Below, piece by piece: positions 10,701 through 25,700 of a stretch of DNA of 36,989 nucleotides. The position numbers were made by a program, and so were the translations under genes. The notes under the pieces were generated by a model. The model was not told where the DNA came from. It made no database searches and was given only the letters and a program-made list of their open reading frames with translations. Position 1 is the stretch's first letter. Each line of letters opens with the position of its first letter. This DNA comes from Rhizaria sp. SCN 62-66 (taxonomy: Eukaryota). The stretch covers positions 1-36,989 of the forward strand of contig MEDY01000408.1 in NCBI GenBank assembly GCA_001724265.1, written 5' to 3'.

Positions 10701-13700
10701 GGGAGTTAACCTTCTCAATACTTCATCCTCGATGATTGAGCTCACGTGCAGTTTGGACCCGTGTCTTGAAAAAGATAAGTTCCTGCGCTTCCGCATCAGC
10801 GGCGTGACTCTAGATCTCACAACAGCCGGCGCGCGCAATATGGCCGCCATCCCGGGCCGCTGCGTGGAGGTCCAGGCCACGATCGGCGGTATTGTCTACC
10901 GGCGGCCTGCAATCGGCCCGCTTGCGCTCCCGTCTGCGGGCTCGGTGCATCACATGGTGCAAGCCAGTCAGGCCAGTGCGCTCCCTTATTCGACGCAGAT
11001 TGCCGCTCCGACTGACGCCGGCCACTACGCTGCGTTCACCTTTACACGGCTTTATCTTGGTCTTAATGACAAGCTGATGATGACTATTCCCACTCCCGAT
11101 ATTACGATCCTCTCCAGTGCCTTTTCTACCAACTCGCTATCACTGCCAATCTACAGTAGCTCTGGTATTATTGTCACGAGCACGTCGTTCACATGCGGTA
11201 GTTCCTGCACATCATCTCCAACGTTCACGTTCTCTGGCACGTCCACTCTCACGTGCACACCAGCGTCGCCGTGTCACTTTTACGTGCCTATCACGCCGAT
11301 CAGCTCGACACCGCAGCCGCGGCTTACCGAGTGGATCTTTGCTGTAAGCATCCAGCCTTCGACTGCGACGATGCGCACTGTCCTGGAGCTGCCGATGGCA
11401 GACCGCCGCGATGCCGTCTCGGTGCCCGATCTCGCCATCACTGGCGTCACGGTCAGTGCTATTGTCGAGGCCGGATATAGTGATGTGTACGACACGGGGT
11501 TTGACGTTACGTTTGTCTTGCCGTCGCTCAATTCCGTTCTTAGCACGTACAAAAGCGTGGCAGTTGTGGTTACTTTTAGCGATTCGATTAGCTTTGTGGC
11601 CGGTTTCGATTCGACTAAGGTTGTATCGGATCCTTTCGGTGGCTTGACTTATCTATCACATTCATCTCCTGGGCGTTTTGTGGTATTCGCACCCGACAGC
11701 GTCTCTTCAGCGACTACCGTCAAGATCTCTGGGCTTGTATACCGCGACATGCACTGCGTCGCTACTCAGACAGCACTTAAGAAGGCGGGTGTCTGCGCCT
11801 CCCCCAGCTTCAACGTTACCGTTGTCAGCGACATGGACAAGTTGAAGCAAGATATTGACGCTTTCGGCGCCTCTGCGTACACTTCGCTCATCACCGCAAG
11901 TCGCACTGTGCAAGAGGGCGTTGTACTTGCGTACACCAAGACTCCCGTGCTGTTTGCGCCCACTACCGTGGACGAGTCCTATTGGTCGCTGATCAATCGC
12001 ACGGAAACGCTCGCTGTTGACAGGGCAAGCTACTCCGGCTCTGCAACTTTTGTGCCCGTTGCTTCTAATGATATCTCGACTGCGTTGGATGGTGTCTTTG
12101 CGCTTGAGTTCACGCAGGACTCTGTCGACGCAATCCCTGATCTTATAATTGAGTCTGTGACGTTTGTGTTTACCACTTTGGACACCATTGTCGTCCAACT
12201 AACTGCCGATGTGTCAAACGCGCTCTTGTGGACTGGTCTAATTGATTCGACCCATGAATTTAACGATGATGTTGTCCCAATTAATTCCCTGGTAATTGGC
12301 ATCAAGTACAATATGACTACGCAACTCCTCACGCCTCTGGTTGCGTTTGTCCGCATTGTGCCTGCTCGCGACGCTCTGTGGGGCCGGCTCAAGGAGGCCA
12401 TCCTTCGTGTTCCGCCGTCAGCTTCAGAGGCGCCGCAGAAGGGGAGAGCCATCTTGATTCCCGGATTTAGTTGGGAACGGAACACTGAAAATGAGTCGCT
12501 GGTCATTTCTTCACCGCCATTCGATGTTATCACAAACACCTCTGCATTGGATTACTTTACGCTGAGTTTTTCCCTCCGCGGTGCTTCTCTTGCTAGCTGT
12601 GCCGGCACAGACAATATTATTTTAATGCCATCTACCGTGGACCTGAGTAGTTTTAATCCAGCAAGTTACACTGCGTTTTCCAGCTGCATCTTCAGCAGTA
12701 ACGAGCTTACCTGCCCCTTGACTGGCTTAACGCTGCTTGTTGCCGCCACGTCCGACATGTACTTTCTGTTCAATAGCTGTGTCAAGGCCCCGTACTCGTC
12801 GCTGGAGTCATTCTCTGGTGAAGTTCAGCTCCGCGTCTCCAGCACAGGCTTTCCGCTGGCACACAAAATCCGCCGCTCGACACCGCTGGCTCAGACACTC
12901 TTTGTGCTTCCTCGCGTGGCGCCTGCCGTGATTAGCACGGCTATAACTGGCTCTGTCACTGCGACGGCAAACGTGGCAAAGCAGGCGTACAATTTGTCCA
13001 TAGAGATTTCCGCCGCTGTGGCATTTGAGTTGTGTCCGTATTCGATGCCGCGCAACGGCGCAGCGCGACTTATTATCCCGGAGGAGGCGCGTACCAAGTA
13101 CGTGCTTGACGTGTTGCCAAACAATGAAGTGGCTGGAACGACGTTTATCCGCGACCCGATGAATCTGGGCTATCTAGTGACTGGATTCACCGCCTCCTCT
13201 GGATGCGGGACCGCTTCAGCGCCATTTACTTTCGGATTCAACGAAATCTTCTACCATCCCCTCGTCCTCCCTGGGAGCGTGTACACAATGCAGTTTGGTT
13301 CGTACGACCTTGCATCACATTTTTTCGAGCCTGATGTCACATTTGACCACATTACTGTGAGCTGGCCCGCGCTGCCTGCGCTTCCCGCCGCAGCTACCTT
13401 CCTTACGTCCTCAATGGTCAGTATGTCCAATTTCCAGCAGTCTGTTGGTGATAGTTCCATTGACATCACCGTGGATCTTAGCAGTATTGCAGCCACCTCA
13501 CTGTGGCTTCCCCTGGTCAACGTACGGATTGAGTCCATCGATACGAACTGCTTTTTTGATTCTGCACTTGTTGCACGCCGTCCGGCGACAAACAAAACGA
13601 CAGAAGCACTATCAGTTGAAGTGATGCCGAGTTCAACGTCAAAGTCGGTTGTGTATCTCCGCTTGCGTGCAGCCTCCAATACGCCTACAGAGCTCAAGAT

Positions 13701-16700
13701 TGCGCACACCTTGTACGGACTGCTGTGCACACCGGGTAATGGCCGCGGATTCAAAGTCTCGCTGGTTGACGCGCTGACGCATGTGCGCATCAGCAACGAG
13801 GTTGCGGCACCATCAACAACGTTTACTGTCAATGCACTGCCAGTTTCCGCCGACGACAACACGGCTGACGCACCGCGCACAATGTGTCACGTCTTTAGCG
13901 GAACCGGCACACACGGACCTGGACTGCCAGAGGAACTGCGCCCCATCAGCGTGATTGCAGGAGAGAAGTATGACATCTACTGCTCCGTCTCACTGCCGCG
14001 GTCATGGGAAGTAAATCAGCTGCTTTACATGCCCATTGGCCGTGGTTGGGTCATTGTTGACTCGCGTGTGATTTTTGTTCAGGGATCCTCTTCTGCGAGC
14101 GCGGACACAGCAGCTTTTACGTGGCGCACAACTGCAACAATCCCACCGGAGAGTCGCATCACTGTGTGGTACTACAAAGTGACAGCGCCGACACTGGACA
14201 ACATTGCAACGTACTTGTTTGGCAAGTTTCACGGCTCTGTTGCACTCCAAAACACCCACGTTGATCCGAGTACCGCCGGATTGCCTCAGGACCTGAGTCT
14301 TGAATTTTCGTGGCTTAATCCTAATTCGATCACTGCGACTAATGCGTCTATCACAAATTACCCGTACGGTCTTGCATGTTTGACAGTTCTTTCGTTCACC
14401 CCTACTATCACGGTTGGAGCAGGCTATTATTCGGGATGGGTTATTCTCGACTTTCCGTCAGTTATGCCGATGTTTTCAGATATGATATTTGCAGGAGGAA
14501 GTGATGCAGCTCCGACTGACTTTTCAACGTTTTTTCATGTCAAACGTCTCAGTGACAACTTCAAGATTTCATACTCGACGTATTCGACACGCGTTGTGAT
14601 CGATCAAACGGCGTCGACAACGAATATTCGTTTCGCTATTCCGATCACCACAAACAACGCTATGACCACCACGCCACACGAGATCAAAGCATGTTTGTTT
14701 CATATAAAAACGTCGGAAGATCTCGCAATGATGCGCAGATATCGTACAGGCGGAGATTTGTCTGTTAAGCTCTCTCATTGGTCATTTATTAGTGGGAACT
14801 CCGCGACACAAACTGAGCAGTCCAAGTACTTCATTCAAATTAATTCTGCTCAGCCCTCGCTACAATTACTTGACCAGTCCGAAAATCCGCCCCAGGTCAC
14901 TCTGCGGCCCCATCCATTGACGGGCGCTATCGGTTGGCAACCAGTCTCATATGCCTATAATGGCACCACTGACTTTAACACTGGTGCGATATCGATGCGT
15001 TTCGCACTTTCAGCTGATGCAGCTACCGGTGGGGACAGGATTGCTTTTTTTGTTCCACATAACCTTGTTACAAGTGGTCGTGCCATTCGCGTCGAAGTTC
15101 TTGGCAACCTATCATCCGTCTACTATACTACAGACCTTGGCTCCAGCGCTGACTGCTCGCAAACTGGCACTGTCGCGGGCATGATGATGCACACCAGGCG
15201 GCGCAGCTCGTTTACGACTACAACTAATGATGACGCAGTTTTGGCGTACGGAATTAATACTGTGTCAAGTATGGGCACATGTTTCCGTACGAGTGCTCCG
15301 GAATTCTTAGAGGCAGCATATCTTGGCGCTTGTGAAGTGGAAGTCACAATTTTCAATCTTGCTTTGTCACAATCTGCCCCACCCCGCGATGGAGCTTACT
15401 TTACGGTGGGTATCTTCAGCGGCTCTTACCCGGCAGCTGTCAAACCGTTGATGTCGACATCATGGGCGCACTCCTACCCGATTCACCCCATGCCGCGCGA
15501 CTCCACTGCCAGCATCACTGTGGCCTCCCCTGGCACATCGGGCATTCTCGACACGGTGCGCACTGCGTCGAGCAAGATCATTTATCGTCTGCACCAGAAC
15601 GGCGCCGTTGTTAAGTGTGACGTTGGGGTTTCGGAAAGCACAACCACACTTTTGGCGTCCTACACTGAATTATCTTGTAGCCAACAGCTAGACCTACTGA
15701 GCTACGCGCGCCTGTATACTGATCCAACCGTTGGCAAGGCACACCAAGGGTTGCGTGGTGCCATTGCGCTTTCGCCTGACGAGACTCTCCTCTTAGTTAA
15801 CTTCAACAACCGCGTACTTATCGCAGTCCGCCGTGATCCTGTTAAGGGGTCATTTATGCGTGACCTAGTCTCTACGGAGACCTTTGACCTCGGTTCTTAT
15901 CTCGAGCCCACGTCGTCGTCGGTCAGTAGTGCCGCAGCGCGCGCTGCATCGCACGCGGTAGCGCCGTTTGTGTTCCATGACTATACTTCGTCATACGGTC
16001 AGAACTTTTACGTTGGCGTGATGATCGGCACGCGGTTTCTTTCGTTCCGCGTTGTTTACGGCGCATTTACACTCTGGACACTGGTCGAGACTGTTGAGTT
16101 CACACACGCTGGTCACTCCGCTGTTTCCATCGCACTCCGCCAAGAGCAGCCCGCGGTGATTCACGCGCGCAACACCAACTCGTTTGTGTTGTGCCAGCGC
16201 GCTCTGTGCAAGCTCTACGACCGCGACGCTTCAAACCCAACATCAACTTACGCCGTCACGACGCGTGCAGAATTCACGCTTTCGCATGCCACATCAGCTG
16301 CGGCGCTGCGCCCCGGTATGGTCGCTGTAGGCCGCGCGCTGCCATGGATCATCCCGCATTTGTGGCTCAGCAATGACTACGCTGCGGACGACGATCTTTA
16401 CTACGCGTACGTCTCGGGCAAGCAGCGCCTCGCCATTTCGCGCATCAGCGGTCTACGCAGTTTATCCACGCTGAGTCTGAGTGCCAGTCGCCGCATTGCA
16501 CTTGTTGACGTGGTTGCCTTGCTTGGCACCAATACTGAAATGCTGGGCGTGGTGAGCGTTGTCCCTACCGGCGATGGCTCTGCTGTCGTTGACGTTTTGA
16601 CTAAATCCAACTCTTGGAGCGAAAGCAATCTCGTCGGCGACCTGCACCGGCTGTTCTTCACGTTTGCAGACAGCAAGTACTCGAAGGAGACAACGGATCT

Positions 16701-19700
16701 TCCTCTTGTTTCCATTGCCAATCGCGACATCCTCACTAATATCCCTGTGCCGCAAACGCAGTACCAGTGGGAAGCATTGCGCCCGCGCGTGTCGCAGGAC
16801 GGCCGCATGTTCACCACAATTCCTCCTCATGTGCCACAAGACGCTTCCTCGTTTGCGACACCCCTTCTCTTTATTTACAGTCTGCGCCTTGCAAGCGTCG
16901 AAACGTCAGGATTGTTTACGGACACAACGATGTACATGCAAAAGTCCTTTAGTACAGCCTCCAAGATGTCGCTCACTGTGCGACACCCGCGCAAGTTTTT
17001 AGTTGCTGATGCCACAAAGGAACATATCGCAACTGATTATGCTATGTGGACCTTAACAGACAACAACGGATTGTCTAAATGCGACACCACCCAAAATAGC
17101 AATAGTTGGAGCTTAATTGGCAACAATGCAACGTCTGATTTCTCTATCACTACGTCGACGAGCAGTTCGTATGCTAGTGCCCGTCAGTGTGACGTCTCCG
17201 TCGAGTCAAAATGCTACGATGTACGCTCCAAGCTACACGCTTACCCATCATACTTTATTGCCAATAAGTCTAATGCCGCAAGTAAGTACTTTGAACGAGC
17301 TATCCAGCGCCATGTACAGATTGAGCCAATGCCGTCCACGCTTATTGCAATGTTATACCGCAACTGTATTCCCCTTCCCAACGCCGTATGTGATTTAACA
17401 ACAGTTATTCAGATGCCTTCATTCACCGGTGCTGCAACAGTTGAGATTCGACCGTCTTTGACATTATTCGTGCCTTCTGCGTCTTTTAATTTACAGTATT
17501 ATACTGAAACTGGCGCCTCCGACAGTGTGTCCTGCACCGTCGCAACAAGTTCACGCATTAACTGCATTTTCTCAGGAACTCGTGCAGATGGAATTACCGT
17601 GTGGATTCCTTTCGGGAGTTATGTGCTTGATCAACATGTTCTTCAGAAATTTGAAAATCAATCCCGTCTGTTGCCGTTTGCGCGAATTTCTGGTGGCGTC
17701 CAGAGTATGCGCGCTTCTGCCGCGACCACCGCCTCTTCGCTCAACGTTACCGGCATTATTAGTGGTTACTATATTGTTGGTAGCGCGAACGTTCTCTCTG
17801 ATTCGACGCGTGTAATTCGCTTTGCTGGTGTTATGGCCGACTGGCGCGAAAGTGCACTGTGCGCCTCTGTATGGGGCGGCAACGCAACGCGTTGTATGAA
17901 AGCACCATATGCTACCAACGGCGGAGCCAAGCTTCTTTCGCTCGCGAATTTAACGCTGGACATGCCCGAGACGCCACCAGACGTGCAGCGCGTGTTTCTG
18001 CCTTCGGGTGACACATTTGGCTGGAGCCAGGCCGAACACAAGCTGTATTTCTGGCGCTACACTCCGGAGTGTCCTTTTAAACCATTGTCAGATACTGAGC
18101 CTGTGCGTTCTACACTCATGGTGCGCGAGATTACACAACCGGCGCCGATGTTTACCGAGGGCGGACTTATCCAGCGCCTGCACGTGATCCGCTCTACGCA
18201 CCCTGCGCGCGGCGCGTTCGTGCTTGCTGTGGACCAGACCGGCGAGACGATTCCGCTGCGCATTGACCCGCGCGGCAACGGCTTCTCGCTGCTGACGGCC
18301 AAGGCCGGCACTACGGGCTGGTCACCTCTGTCTTCCGGCACGGGCGTGTGGGACGTGTACAAGACCCAGATTGGCTCAGCGGCCACAGGCTACGCCATCA
18401 CGGCCATGGTTGACTGGACGGATCTGGGGCATCACAACGCCAACGTGCTTACCAGCGTGCTTGTTGCCTTTGAGTCTGGCGCGTTTGTGCATTATTCGGC
18501 CCCCGTGCTTCGTCTCACCACCTCAGCTACTGGCGCCACAAACCCTACTGCGAACGACCTCAAGCTGGCACTCACCCAAAAGGGGAATGTGCGCAAGCCG
18601 ACTGGCACTGCCGCCCTCCGCGCCATTGCTGTTGTTCACGAGTGGGGTTTGTTCTTTACTGCTGGCGATGTTGGCGTAATTTTCTTCGGCTTTTTCCCAC
18701 GTAACAGCAGTGCAGTTGATGGGACTTTCCAAGATATTTCACTCTCACGCGTGACTAACCTGCGTCTTCCTTGCAGTGTCACAAGTCTTGCGTTAAATCC
18801 TGTGGCCAGCGTACTCGTTACAGGCTGTTCTTCAGGCTACTTGTACTCAATGCGTGTTACACTTACGCCCACGGGCAATATTGCGACTCCCGTTACTGTG
18901 GAGCTTGCGTTTATCCCGCGCGACCCAACAAAAAAACGGCTTAGCACTGTCCCTACATTCTTGCAGGACTATCAGACACGTTGGGAAGACCTAAATCTCG
19001 TCGACAGCCAGGATGATGCGTACTTTGGAAAGACGTACACTGATGTGTTCGCGCTGCGCACGCCGTGGGCAACTGTAAATGACCTGGCGTTCCACTCGAA
19101 CGGCGCTCATATTATGGTGCTGGGTTCTAATCCAGCGACTGACGACAGCAAGGGGGGTTGTTTCTGGTCAGTTGCTGCGTATCATTTCTCGCAGCCGATT
19201 AACAATCTTGCATACACGGTGGCTAACAACTCGTTAAATGTTGTCACAACCTGGAGCATCTCTGCATCACTGCCTCACATCGACTACGCTGGGCTGCCGC
19301 TTTTGTGTCGGCTTGACTTTCCACCCACAACAAGCTTCAGTACAAACACATCAGTGTCAACGACCTGGCCAGGCGCAATTGTCAGCCAAGCAACAGCCGT
19401 ACCACAATTAACACCAACGGCGCGTTCGCAGCTGCAGTTTACGCTCACTGGAAGTTCTTCTGTCAATGCATCGACCGTGTTTCACCTCACAGTTGCAAAC
19501 GTGACTAACCCGTCACAATTGTACGACAACCTCCATGACCTGACTCTTGTGTGCTACACGCCGCACCCGGATGACACGAGCACGGACTTGATTGGCCTCT
19601 TTAATAATGGCTTCGAAATCGCTCGCGCAAGCGATGGTACAGTCACAGGCATGCTTTTGACGGCGAAGCTACAACGTAAAGCCACTGGCGGTCCTATTGA

Positions 19701-22700
19701 GTCGCTCAAGCACTACGTCGTAGGTGCGGCACCGCTTGAGTTAGAGTTACAACTATCAACAACGGCTACGTCCGACCCTATTCCAATGCAGATTGATGCT
19801 CTCACCGACGGCCTTGGCGCTCAAACAAAGTGCCTTCTTTCTGCCACAGACAGCGTCTTTAGCGCTGCAGCATACTCGGATAGCATTGATGTTGTAATCG
19901 CAGTGGGCAAGGATAAGGAGACTTTCTACATCTCTTGTCAATCATCGACGCCTACATCAGGTACTGGGGGTCTCAAGTTGAAGCTTGTATCCAACTCCGG
20001 CTCCGCAATCATCGATCCTTTCACCACTCAAGCCTTCTATGTGATGCCCTCGGTTACAACGAGCATCGAGTACCATGAACTGGCCCCAAGCACTGTAATT
20101 CATAAGGAGCCTTTGAGTTTTCCTGCCACATCCGATGTCAACGTCGTGTTCATGTGGAACGCTCCTATCTATGACCCAACGGTGTTTGTCACTATCAGCT
20201 CCTCGGCAAGCGCTGAATGCACGTTCCGCGACGTCAACACCAATGCCACTAATGCGGCGCTTGTGGTCAATATTGGCACGGATAATACTTTCATCGCTGC
20301 GAATGCGCTGAAATATGACGGTGTCGTTATGAGGTGCTCTCAAATTAATCCAGCCTTGACAATCTCATTCGCTCATAGCGCATCGCCGCCACATATTGAA
20401 TTGATTTCTACAGCGTCGGGTATCTCACGTAATGTGTATGGCTCCGCCTATCTGGAACAAGCCGCCGGTTTCAACTTAGAAATCAACACCGCTTGGCCAT
20501 TTACAGTCAATATTCGCCCGGGTGCCCTAACTGAGTCAGTCATGATCGTGAAGCTGTTGCGCAACAGTATCGCAATGACTAACTCCCCCTGCCGTCTTAG
20601 CACCATTTTGAACGGAGCTGAGTCTGTTGAGATTACTGTCACGATTCCCGAAAATGCGTCCGAAGCAACAGCGTATATCAAATGCACACAGTCATTTTTC
20701 CTGCGTGAGTCGATTGACATTTTCCTTGCATACGGTGCCAGCGAAGATCAAAACGGTTTTGAGATTGTACCAACCTCGAACATTCGAGCATACAATCCTA
20801 ACACAGTCAGCAACTTTTATCTGCTTGATGGGACCGCGATGACACTCTCTGGTGCCGAGACATCGCACATGACTTCCGCGGAAACTGCAATTGAAATCGA
20901 GAGCGTATTTAAGTATGCCATCAGTCGTGCAACGGTGATGGTTCTATTGGCCCCTACTGCTGCTGGTTGCCGTTTCTCCACCGACACCACAACGATCGCG
21001 TATAATGAGATGAATTCAACCTCTGTTGCGGGCTTTGCGTTTATGCCTGACGGTGTGACACCGGCCTCAGGCATTATGTATAACTTAGAGACAGGATTGA
21101 CTTCTGCCAAATTCTTTGTGGCCTGCACTAAACCGGCGGTGCCCATTCAAATTGAGCGCGATATTCTGTCTGGTGATAACATCAAGTGGAGTGTGCTGCC
21201 GACAATTAAGATCCGCAATGAAATGCTTGTGCGCACCACTGCTGTCGGCAACCACAACAACTACTTTTATAGCGCGCTGCAGTCGCTTGTGCTACACCCA
21301 CTTTCAATCACACTATCTCCAGCGTGGGCTGGTAATGAGACTGTTCGCGCTGTCATTACAGGTCCCACATCGTGCAAGTTTGCTCTGGGCTCTGATTATA
21401 TCAATACCATCCCTACTACTCTTCAGTTAAGTCTAAGTTACTTTGACGCGCCTTTCTCTGTCCAGATCGCGCCAGGAGTCGGTGTTGTAAACATGCGCAT
21501 GCATTGCCCTGCCACAAGTATTGGTGGACAAGTCACCCTCAACATGATTCCGCCTGAGTCCCCTACAGTAGAGAACCCTGCGGACGCGGTATTGCGTCAG
21601 TCGTACACTTCGTACGCATCCCGCGTATTCAACGTGAATGGCTTTTACGAGCTAACATGGCAGCGTGCAATGACGGGGAACACAACAGTACCCGTTGATA
21701 TTTCAACCTCGACTGCAGATATTGTTCCGATTCCAGCCGGACAGGAGTTCTCTGAGGCACGCATCCGCATTGAAGTCTTAATGCGTCCATTACTGGATAT
21801 AGGGAACAATCTCGTTGTTGAAATTGCGCTTCAACGCGATGCAGCTGATGCAGATGCATGCCACTTGTCATATAGCGAGATGAAGGATAATATTAGTGTT
21901 TTAAAAACATTCAGCTACACAGCCCAAAAAACTAACATTTATCTCTGGTGCGAGGCGCCGACTTCAAGTCCGATTTCGATCCGCTTTTCAGTGGCCGGCG
22001 CCACGAATGGCACGTCCTACCCGCCGTTTTTCTCGACAAGTCTGCAGCCCCAGGGTTCGTTCCAACTTGTTGATCTGCCTGATACAGTGACATTTATCAC
22101 AGCATCGCCGCAGATTGGCTCCATCATGCTCTCAATTAACCCGAACGTGCCACAGAAGATTCGTATCGAGCGCTCTGACTCCTCTGCTGACTGTCGCTTT
22201 ACGTCGATCGATAATATCTCTGTCACTTCAAGCTATACAGCGTCAACCGTCGTGACGCAGACACAGGCGCAGTTTAACAATATCACCACGCGCATGGGTC
22301 CGATTCAGTTTGCTATCTACTGTCGCCGCACGCACGTCAAGGGCCCTATGATTCGCATCGTCTCTCCAACCGGCAGTTACGTCACAGAGACCTTTGGTCC
22401 GTATCAAGTTAAGGGCCGCATGTCTATCTCGTTTTTGGACCCGACCTCGCAGGTGCCGCATAACATCACCGACACAGCTGCTCACCTCAACGAAGACGGC
22501 ACGGAGATGCTTCCTGGCGCTGCCGTTGCTGTGATGGAGGACCCGTACTTCTTACGTGCGCCCAAGACCGAACTGCGCAACTTCGTACTGCAGATGGCGC
22601 CTGCGCTCTCGGCCCAGACCATTGTGCGTGTGTCCCTGTCCACCATCCGCGGTTCGTGTGGCTTTGTTGCCACTGACGCCGGGTCCACTGGGGCCGGCAG

Positions 22701-25700
22701 CGGGTCGACCACCACCGACCTATCTACAACGTTCCAGGTGCTTTTTTACCTCGGTGACTCGCGTATCAACTTTGCCGTTGCGTGCCGTGAAGCCACAACT
22801 GAGTTCCCATACCTTATCGCTGAGGCCATTGCCGGTGAGCGTTACATCACCGCCCTGACACACCCGATGCGCGTCCGCGGCCACCTGGAGTTCAGCGATG
22901 TTACAAAGCTTCTGGCTGAGGTCACCTCGTTTAACGTAATCTCGTTTGCAATCCGTCCTGTGCCGCTGCCAACCGAAGAAACGGCAATCATGATTTCTGA
23001 CGGTACGCCTGCGACAGCGTCCAATGACTGCGTATTCCGTCTCTTTGGGGCTACAACCGCCTACGTGCCTTCTCCGTTTAACTTCACGTACACGTCAACA
23101 ATGGAGACGCAGGACGTTGCTTTTTACTGTCGCCGCGTAGACAAAACTCCGTCAACAGCTTTCAAAATTACTGCGTTGAATGATATCTACCTTTCCACGA
23201 CCTCCACATCCTTTGCACTGCGCGGTGCGCTTTGGATTGAGGACTACGTTGCCCATGAGCTCATGGAGGTTGCACCACTGACTCCACTGCCGCTTGAGAC
23301 CGTGCGCACCGCCAAACCCCATCGTATCAGAATGCGCTTCCGTCCTGCATTGTCCGCTAGCGCACAGTTCCAGCTCTCGACATCGTTGGCCACCTGCCTT
23401 GTGTCAACATCGCCTGCGCCCACAGCGTCAACGACGACATTCACGCTGTCGGCTAACACAGAAACCCTCGACGCCTACGTCTTGTGCTCTGTCTCGGTTT
23501 CTTCGCAGACCGGTGTCACGCTGACTCTGCGTCCTCAAAATGGCAACACCTACTACGTGCCGTACACCACCGCAGCGTTCCCTGTTTACAGTACCTTTGT
23601 GTTAAGCCTGCCGTCGGGCAACCCTATCACTTCCATTCACATCCGCGAGCCAAACCGCTTCAAGCTCATCTACGAGCCCAACACGGGGCTGCCAGCGCTC
23701 TCCCAGATCCGGGTAACCGTGCCCAACACGGTTGCCGGAGAGTGTATGATTGCAGCTGAAGCTGCAGGCGTTGTGCCCGCGGCACCGGAGACTTCCTGGA
23801 CTGCGACGCGCCTCTTTACCTCAGCCGTGGGTGCGCGCGAGCTTTATCTCTGGGTGCGTTGCAACGACTATACTCGCGACCGTGCTATTGATGCTGACAA
23901 GATGCCTGTGCTTACGGTTACACGCGAGAGTGGTGAGCTCTTCTGGCCGCTCACAATAGCTTCGTTTGAGACGTACTATATTACATGCGACACTTATAGT
24001 GATGTAACCAACGGTGAGATTGCGGTCGTAGCTGGCGAATTTGGTCCCCGTGGCTACGGCAGTATTCTTACATTCTCTTGTAACACAGGCTATAACCTTA
24101 ACACAACACTGTCTGTCGCCGCTGTCCCCGCGAGCTGCTCAACTGCGACCAACGCGTTTGGGCTGTCTGAGGCGACGTGCAAGCAGGAGGTCCGTTGCGC
24201 GTGGAATGGTTGGGCCGCGGAACGCATGCCGACATGTTCTCTCCATGTGTGTCCGACTATCTTTGCACCCGTGTACGGTTCTATCACGCGCACGGTTGGT
24301 TACAACGCCGGTGAGTCCACGTATGACGCCAAGGCTAATTTTGCCTGCTCAGTTGGTTACGGTGTCGAGGGTGCAAATAACATCACATGCACACGTGGTG
24401 GTTGGAGTGCTTCCGTGCCAGAATGTCTCGGTGTTGAATGTGATCTCCTGGAGGCGCGTGAAGGTGTCGATGTGGAGAAAGTGTCCTACACCTTAACCCC
24501 ACCTCGATTCTTGACCGTCGCGACGTATGTCTGCCCCAGTGGCTACCGTGCTGTGCTCAACAACACACGCCGCTGCCTCGCTGATCGCACTTGGGACGGT
24601 GAGCCAGGCGTGTGCACCACCAGCACTTGTTCGCCGCTGCTCTACGACACGGAACGCATGACTCCAATTACCTACCGCACCCAAGGCGGAGCTACGTTGC
24701 CGCAAGGATCCCTAAAGTACGACGAAACAACACGCGCGACCTACACTTGTAAGCCTGGCTACGAATTCCTCATTACGTCGGCTTCTCATACGTCAACACG
24801 CACATGCACTGAGAACACATGGACGCCGATCTACGTACCTGTTTGTACCCACAAGACGTGCCCTGCGCTTACGCGCCAGTTTGGCACGATTGTGCAGGAT
24901 CCCGCATCTCTGGCCAACAAGTTCTCTGTTAATCTCACCATGACGTGCGCCTACGGTACAATTCCCGACGCCGCAAAACCAACTGCTATTTGGTGTGATG
25001 AAAACGGCGAGTGGAGCAGTACTCTGACCGAATGTAAACCCAAATTTTGCGATGCTCCGTCGACGGGCTCGTATCTCACGGTTGAAGTTGCCAACGGTCC
25101 TTCTAACTTCGGGGTTAACTACAACTCGTCGACTGCCACTTACCGCTGCGCCGATGGCTATGACCTCTCATACACGGGTTATAGCCCGACGGACAACAAA
25201 GGTGTGGTCGCTTACCTCAATAACTCGCTCCAGCTGCGCGCGACGCGCACATGCTTGCCCGACGGTTGGACGCCTGCAGGTACGCCGGTGTGCGCGGTGC
25301 ACGTGTGTGCCGCGCTTATTATGCCCGTTAACGTCAAGGAGGTGCTCTACACGCCTCCATCGGGCCTAAGCACAACCAACCCTGGTACCCCTGGCGCCCG
25401 TGTGTACCTCAGTACGGCATTGTACCGTTGCGCTGAAGGATACGAGCCGCGCGATATGCTCAACACATCAATGTCGCATACGGCGCTTCGTACCTGTCGT
25501 AATATCGACATTGGATGGGACCACACCGAGCCCGTTTGTATCCCGTACAATTGCGGTCCGGCTAACACGATTCCATACATGGGCTCGATCACATATGACT
25601 ACGATCCCTTGATTACACCGACACCAACAAGCTACCGCTCCAAGGCCATCTACAAGTGTGCGGAAGGCTTTGTCATGCAGTCCGGCGGAGCCTCCGCAAC

